This document shows, one piece after another, positions 15,330 to 20,000 of a DNA stretch of 20,000 bases; positions within the stretch are counted from its first letter, which is position 1, and every line of letters starts with the position of its first letter. The stretch is from the IMG/VR virus record IMGVR_UViG_3300031612_000007. The stretch is one strand, 5' to 3'. The stretch comes from an uncultured virus (IMG/VR IMGVR_UViG_3300031612_000007) (taxonomy: Duplodnaviria > Heunggongvirae > Uroviricota > Caudoviricetes > Schitoviridae). Both the position numbers and the translations under genes were made by a program. The notes below the pieces were generated by a model, which did not search any database, was not told the DNA's origin, and was given only the letters and a program-made list of their open reading frames with translations.

Positions 15330-15553
15330 TAGACACTTACTCCTTTAAGCTCACCAAGAGTTTTCATATCATCCACTTGTTTGGTTACATCTCTAAGTCT
15401 ATTCTTTTCTTTAACAATAGCTGAAGTATCTTCAGATGTTTCTAATGCTCTATTAAATAGAATGTCCTGTGCTTCAAGTAGAGGTTTGCGTTCCTCACGA
15501 AGCCTATCTTTGGTAATAACTTTAGCCTTATTAATGTCTATTATTATGCCCAT
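15329..15553 (-). CDS. Tail fibre assembly chaperone-like protein
   Basis: LREER.PLL...D..F.RA.E......K..LRD motif; GAGGAG SD favours ATG 15553. Confidence 0.7.
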   Translation of the reverse strand: MGIIIDINKAKVITKDRLREERKPLLEAQDILFNRALETSEDTSAIVKEKNRLRDVTKQVDDMKTLGELKGVSV

Positions 15554-15732
15554 GTCCAAGCTCCTCTAAAAGTTCTATCTGAAGGTACATCTGAATCTTC
15601 TACTATTTCAAATTCAGCACCTTCTGGTACATCTTTAGCAGCAAGTTCTTCAATGGTGTGATCTTGTAGGTAATCAGGAGTTGGGATAAGAACTGCCACT
15701 CCACCTTCTTCTGTTTTATATATTATTCTCAT
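15544..15732 (-). CDS. Small tail fibre-associated protein
   Basis: IIY....GGVAV.IP...A.KDVP.G....IV..SD.PSDRTFRGAW motif commonly paired with the preceding gene; AAGGA SD. Confidence 0.7.
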   Translation of the reverse strand: MRIIYKTEEGGVAVLIPTPDYLQDHTIEELAAKDVPEGAEFEIVEDSDVPSDRTFRGAWTWA

Positions 15733-15741
15733 AGTTGTCCT

Positions 15742-17088
15742 TTATCTAAAAATAGCTATACATATATTGTGAGCATCCCATGCCGACCCATTTTGGTAAG
15801 CTACTGTATATCTACAAGATCCTACTGCGGGTACTTCAGTTTGAGAGTTTTGAGATACGTTAATCTGGTCTGCACCCGCGCCACCTGCCGTACCCGCTGA
15901 ACAATAATTCACATCTGGCATATTGTTTGTAAAGTTTACTCTGTAATTTCCAACTGCCACATCAGTAACAGAGCTAACATTAGCACTACCACGAATAGCA
16001 AGAGTACCCTGTCCATTGAAGTTAACCCAAGCTCTACATCCATAAGCTGTACCAGTAGAGCCAAATCCTGAGTTGAACTTCAAGTCACCTGTGGAAGTAA
16101 CCCTCATCTTCTCAGAGATTGCCCCAGAATCTACAGATGTACTTGTACGAAATACTAAATCGGCAGGGGCTGCTGAACTAGCAGTTCTATCACACCCTAT
16201 ACTCGCCATTATTCCTGCGTTGTTTTCATTCATCCAATCAATTGTGAATGGCTGAAGTCCAGTAGTGGAAGCAGGTGATGTGATTTCAAGGTTTCCCGCA
16301 CCTGCAATACGCATACGCTCTGTCGGGTTTCCCCCACCTCTGGTAGAGAATATTAAATTTCCGTATCCCGCGCTTTCATAGTTACTTGCAATTGATGCAC
16401 TGCCGTGATCGTCATGGCTAAACATCATTCGAGCCAAGTTTCCTGTGGACTTCGTTACTGAATTTATAGCCAATTGCCCTGTGTATGCACTAGACTCAGC
16501 TATATCATCTCTTATATCTAGTTTTGCTTGTGGTCCAGTAGTACCTATACCAACATTTCCGCCATTTGGATTTAACAATAGTGGATACTCTGTTTGCATT
16601 CCAGTTTGGTCATAACTCTGTAGCCATGCGCCACTTGTACTATTACCACCAATATCTAAGACGGCATTATTTCCGGGTCTAATCCGTAAAGTAGTTCCTG
16701 CGCTAGGAGTAGTTCCAGTAGTGGCAGGTAGTGATGTTCCTCCACCTTCTATATGTAATTTTGTAACAGGTGCGGTCTTATTTATACCAACATTACCTGA
16801 CGTATCAATACGAACACGTTCTGTACTATTCGTATTGATGCGAAATGGAATATTATCACCAGTACCAATTCCACCAATACCATTATAAGTTTCAATATCT
16901 ACTAAACCACCACCAGAAGTTCGTTGGAATCTAGCTGCGACACCATCAGCTGACTTTGCTACATTTAAATTTACCGCAGGGGTGGTAGTACCAATACCTA
17001 TATTATTATTAGTATCTACAGTTATATAGGTAGTGTTCTGATTTTTAAATGTAGTAGTAGTGCTTGTAGTTTCTATACTAGATGCCAT
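15742..17088 (-). CDS. Tail fibre protein with GNVGIGTT.P / ERMRI repeats
   Basis: Three N[IV]GI[GN].T.P units, ER[MV]RI motifs, and a C-terminal RAWVNFNG...NVSSVTD...G.Y.VNF domain. Confidence 0.82.
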   Translation of the reverse strand: MASSIETTSTTTTFKNQNTTYITVDTNNNIGIGTTTPAVNLNVAKSADGVAARFQRTSGGGLVDIETYNGIGGIGTGDNIPFRINTNSTERVRIDTSGNVGINKTAPVTKLHIEGGGTSLPATTGTTPSAGTTLRIRPGNNAVLDIGGNSTSGAWLQSYDQTGMQTEYPLLLNPNGGNVGIGTTGPQAKLDIRDDIAESSAYTGQLAINSVTKSTGNLARMMFSHDDHGSASIASNYESAGYGNLIFSTRGGGNPTERMRIAGAGNLEITSPASTTGLQPFTIDWMNENNAGIMASIGCDRTASSAAPADLVFRTSTSVDSGAISEKMRVTSTGDLKFNSGFGSTGTAYGCRAWVNFNGQGTLAIRGSANVSSVTDVAVGNYRVNFTNNMPDVNYCSAGTAGGAGADQINVSQNSQTEVPAVGSCRYTVAYQNGSAWDAHNICIAIFR

Positions 17089-17102
17089 ATTATTCCTTTT
17101 TA

Positions 17103-17939
17103 CTACGTCTTAATAATAAAATTAATAGCTGCAAATGGCTGAACATTATTATGTGCGCCACCACCACCTGTATTTTGGTTGACGGCTGTAGTGTTTTGGT
17201 TCGTAGAAGTAGCAGCTTGATTTGTTGCTGTTTGCGCCACGGTTAATCCTGGAGTCCACGTTCTTACACCATGATTAGACCTAGCAGCAGATACATCCGA
17301 ATCTACATTTGGCCATGCTCCCACCCCAGTGTATGAGGTATGGTTATGTGCATCCTGTGTATGATTATGTGCATCTTGTGTATGGGTATGAGCATTCTGT
17401 GTATGAGTATGAGCAGCAGTTTCTGTTGTTGTCAGTGTATGGGTTTCTGCACCACCAGTAGCAGCCAAGTTTCTAGCAGTTAAACTCGCACCAGTACCAA
17501 CACCAACTGGAGCACGACCTCTTAAATCGGGTAATGCAAAAGTACTTGAACCATCACCTGCGCCCCAAGCTGTACCAATTGCAGTAAACAGTGCAGAGTA
17601 AGTAGAGCGTGATACCAAAGCACCATCACAAGCAAGCCAACCTGAAGCTATACTTGCTCCTGCGAACATCTTTACATCACCTGATGCAGAAGCAACAATA
17701 CCAGTACTTGTTCCAGTTCCACCACTAGCAACGGGTAAAGGTGTAGTTAAAGTAACTGTGCCATTTGCAGCAATAGTCATTTTGGCTGCTATAGTCCCAC
17801 TGGTGGTTGTCTTTAATTCTAACTTACTCTCACCAGAACTAATCTCTGTAGCTGTTATAGCCGCTACATTAAGTGTTCTAGAGCATCCAAACTCTAGAGC
17901 ATCTGATCCACCATTGGGCGTTATAATCTTAACTGTCAT
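17103..17939 (-). CDS. Tail collar domain fibre protein with HxH repeats
   Basis: Collar signature G.VKMFAG.....GWLACDG..VSR.TY..LF.AIGT.WG.GDGSSTF.LPDLRGR; ends HNNVQPF...NFIIKT. Confidence 0.88.
   Translation of the reverse strand: MTVKIITPNGGSDALEFGCSRTLNVAAITATEISSGESKLELKTTTSGTIAAKMTIAANGTVTLTTPLPVASGGTGTSTGIVASASGDVKMFAGASIASGWLACDGALVSRSTYSALFTAIGTAWGAGDGSSTFALPDLRGRAPVGVGTGASLTARNLAATGGAETHTLTTTETAAHTHTQNAHTHTQDAHNHTQDAHNHTSYTGVGAWPNVDSDVSAARSNHGVRTWTPGLTVAQTATNQAATSTNQNTTAVNQNTGGGGAHNNVQPFAAINFIIKT
17338..17412 (-). repeat. 21-bp coding repeats (HTHTQNA/HTHTQDA/HNHTQDA/HNH)
   Basis: Repeated tgtatg..tatg.gcat..tg units on the + strand. Confidence 0.8.
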
Positions 17940-17949
17940 ATTCTTTCCC

Positions 17950-19197
17950 TTAAGTTAAGTAGCGAATGATTACGATACCTGACCCACCAGATGATTGAGT
18001 AGCCCAACTTGTATTAGGACCTTGTCCACCACATCCGCCACCGCCACCACCCGTGTTTGCTGCACCTGCTGTAGGAGCGCCTGTGTTATAATTAAATGAA
18101 CCATTACCACCACCACCATTACCACCTGCTCCACCTGCTGATGTATTCTGCCAAGATCCACCACCACCACCACCTGCGTAGTAGGCACTTGAACCTGAGT
18201 ATGAGTTTGCTACGCCAACACCACCTACACCACCATCGGTATTACCTGTACCACCACCACCACCGCCTGCTCCTCCTCCACCACCTCCTCCGTGGGAGGA
18301 GGCAGCAGTGCCACCTGTATTACCTTGACCTGCAATACCTTCAGCACCATAACGGTAGTCTCCATGCGTTGTACCATTACCACCACCACCTGAACCGCCC
18401 TTACTAGGTGTGAGAGTAGTGTAGTTACCACCTCTACCTCCACCAATAGCTGTTAGTCCAAGAGCAGAGGAGTTTTCACCATTATATCCAGATGTAGTTG
18501 CAACTGTGGCAATATCTGGCGCACCTGACCCTCCTGCTCCAATAGTAATAGGATAACTTTGGGCAATAACTTTAAAACCTGTACCAGTAAACAAACCACC
18601 TGCTCCGCCACCACCTGAGTGCCAGTATCCACCTGCTCCGCCACCTGCAACAATCAAGTAATCAACAAGTTTACTACCCGTAACAGTGAGTATTCCACTG
18701 CTTGTGAAGGTGTGAATAGTATATGAACCAGAAGTTGTAACTGTTCCACCTGTAGCTGCAAAAGTTCCTATACCACCACTCGCAACGGGTAGTGGAGTAG
18801 CTAGTGTCACTGTACCCGAAGAATCTATACCCATCTTCTCTGAATTGTTTGTAAAGAAGGTCATTTTGTTTGTCGTTGGGTTATAACCTACCTGACCATT
18901 AGTAGTTGCACCTACTTTACCCATATACATTACAGTTTGACCAGGAGTTCCTGCCTGTACTTGTAGCGAAATGGAAGCCTGTTGGGAAGCTGCATCTGCT
19001 TTAACTGTTAACTTGTTCTCCCCAGAAGCGGTTGTGCTAGTAATTAATGCAGCACCTACTGTTCCTGTAAGAGTGGGAGATGCACTAAGTACTACATTCC
19101 CTGATCCAGTAGATGCTGTAGCTCCTGTACCGCCTTCTGCAGCAGGTAAGACTGTTTCAAAGTCGGCACTACCTGATCCATTTATTACTGTTGTCAT
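17950..19197 (-). CDS. Glycine-rich domain tail/adhesin protein
   Basis: Fibre-like N-terminal half; then ATGG...YTIHTFTSSG...YLIVAGGGAGG, many poly-Gly runs and GGSGIVIIRY. Confidence 0.82.
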   Translation of the reverse strand: MTTVINGSGSADFETVLPAAEGGTGATASTGSGNVVLSASPTLTGTVGAALITSTTASGENKLTVKADAASQQASISLQVQAGTPGQTVMYMGKVGATTNGQVGYNPTTNKMTFFTNNSEKMGIDSSGTVTLATPLPVASGGIGTFAATGGTVTTSGSYTIHTFTSSGILTVTGSKLVDYLIVAGGGAGGYWHSGGGGAGGLFTGTGFKVIAQSYPITIGAGGSGAPDIATVATTSGYNGENSSALGLTAIGGGRGGNYTTLTPSKGGSGGGGNGTTHGDYRYGAEGIAGQGNTGGTAASSHGGGGGGGAGGGGGGTGNTDGGVGGVGVANSYSGSSAYYAGGGGGGSWQNTSAGGAGGNGGGGNGSFNYNTGAPTAGAANTGGGGGGCGGQGPNTSWATQSSGGSGIVIIRYLT

Positions 19198-19242
19198 TAG
19201 GTAGTTTCTCCTTTAGGGTATTTATACTTCATATTCTTTTCC

Positions 19243-19995
19243 TTAAGTTAAGTAACGAATGATAACAACACCAGATCCGCCTGCTCCTGCTCCACCTGAT
19301 GAATCACCGCCACCACCACCTCCAGTATTAGCAGTACCAGAAGCACCTGTAGCACCACCGCCACCATTGCCACCTACTGAGTCTGTTCCACCTCCGCCAC
19401 CGCCGCCACCTCCGCCACGATATATTGATGAACCTGATATGGATGAAGCTAACCCAACACCGCCATTTCCGCCGTTACTACTACCACCTGTTGCCGAATA
19501 TCCACCACCACCTGCACCACCACCGCCACCTGCGGGGTAATTGGGGCCTGAAATGTTACTATTACCACCTGAGTTACCTTGACCTGATGTGCCTGCACAA
19601 CCATTTGTTGATCCAGATCCGCCTGATGCGCCACCGCCTGAACCACCCACAGCACAGACATAACTTCCTACCGCATTTCCAGAACCTCTACCACCTCCTA
19701 CTGAAGTTATAGAGCTAAATACAGAGTTAACACCTGAATAACCATAAGCACCACCTGCTCCCACGGTTACTGTAAGTCCAGTTGCTGCCACATCAAACCC
19801 TGTTGCAGTCCTATATCCTCCTGCACCTCCTCCGCCTCCTGAGTCACCGTTCCCGCCACCACCACCTGCGATAACTAGATACTCTACAGTACCTACTTTG
19901 TTAGGCGTGAAGGTTCCTGAGCTATTGAAAGTATGGATAGTATATGCACCAGATGTAGAAATTGTACCGCCTGTAGCTGTAAATTGCTGCGCCAT
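19243..19995 (-). CDS. Glycine-rich domain tail/adhesin protein, possibly 5' partial
   Basis: Paralogue of the 17950..19197 C-terminal domain; the frame stays open to the window edge. Confidence 0.8.
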   Translation of the reverse strand: MAQQFTATGGTISTSGAYTIHTFNSSGTFTPNKVGTVEYLVIAGGGGGNGDSGGGGGAGGYRTATGFDVAATGLTVTVGAGGAYGYSGVNSVFSSITSVGGGRGSGNAVGSYVCAVGGSGGGASGGSGSTNGCAGTSGQGNSGGNSNISGPNYPAGGGGGAGGGGYSATGGSSNGGNGGVGLASSISGSSIYRGGGGGGGGGGTDSVGGNGGGGATGASGTANTGGGGGGDSSGGAGAGGSGVVIIRYLT

Positions 19996-20000
19996 ACTAA

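Noticed and set aside
18096..19712. Poly-His and poly-Pro ORFs on the + strand (18096..18407, 19259..19540, 19425..19712) and Val-rich alternate - frames
   Set aside because: They are shadow translations of the GGT/GGC glycine runs in the real - strand genes.
14115..19995. Diversity-generating retroelement or invertase shufflon acting on the fibre genes
   Set aside because: No reverse transcriptase, recombinase, adenine-specific TR/VR pair or inverted cassette is visible in this window.
1..20000. tRNA genes
   Set aside because: No cloverleaf with a T-loop GTTCRA was noticed in the intergenic gaps; tRNAscan-SE or ARAGORN would be needed to confirm.

Overview
AT-rich fragment of a tailed dsDNA phage genome, most likely N4-like (Schitoviridae), judged from gene content and order. 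The + strand (1-11061) carries an HExxH/vWA protein (N4 gp25-like), a RecD/Dda-like SF1 helicase, a gp38-like gene, a free-standing HNH-AP2 endonuclease, an N4-type family A DNA polymerase and a DUF3310 gene. About 20 tightly coupled small ORFs follow, many of them membrane or secreted microproteins below the 60-aa cutoff of the ORF track. The - strand (11058-20000) converges on this block. It holds five tandem tail-fibre/adhesin genes with chaperones, a host-like YciA-type acyl-CoA thioesterase, holin-like and spanin-like lysis genes with no recognisable endolysin, and a DnaQ-like exonuclease that apparently starts at a non-canonical ATC codon. The most notable items are the thioesterase in the tail/lysis operon, the envelope microprotein cassette (including a 6-Cys secreted peptide and an NPYS-repeat protein), a 14-nt perfect complement of the 16S rRNA 3' end, the ATC start, an Rmf-like protein and the modular adhesin array. 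All family assignments come from motif recognition by eye; no searches were run.
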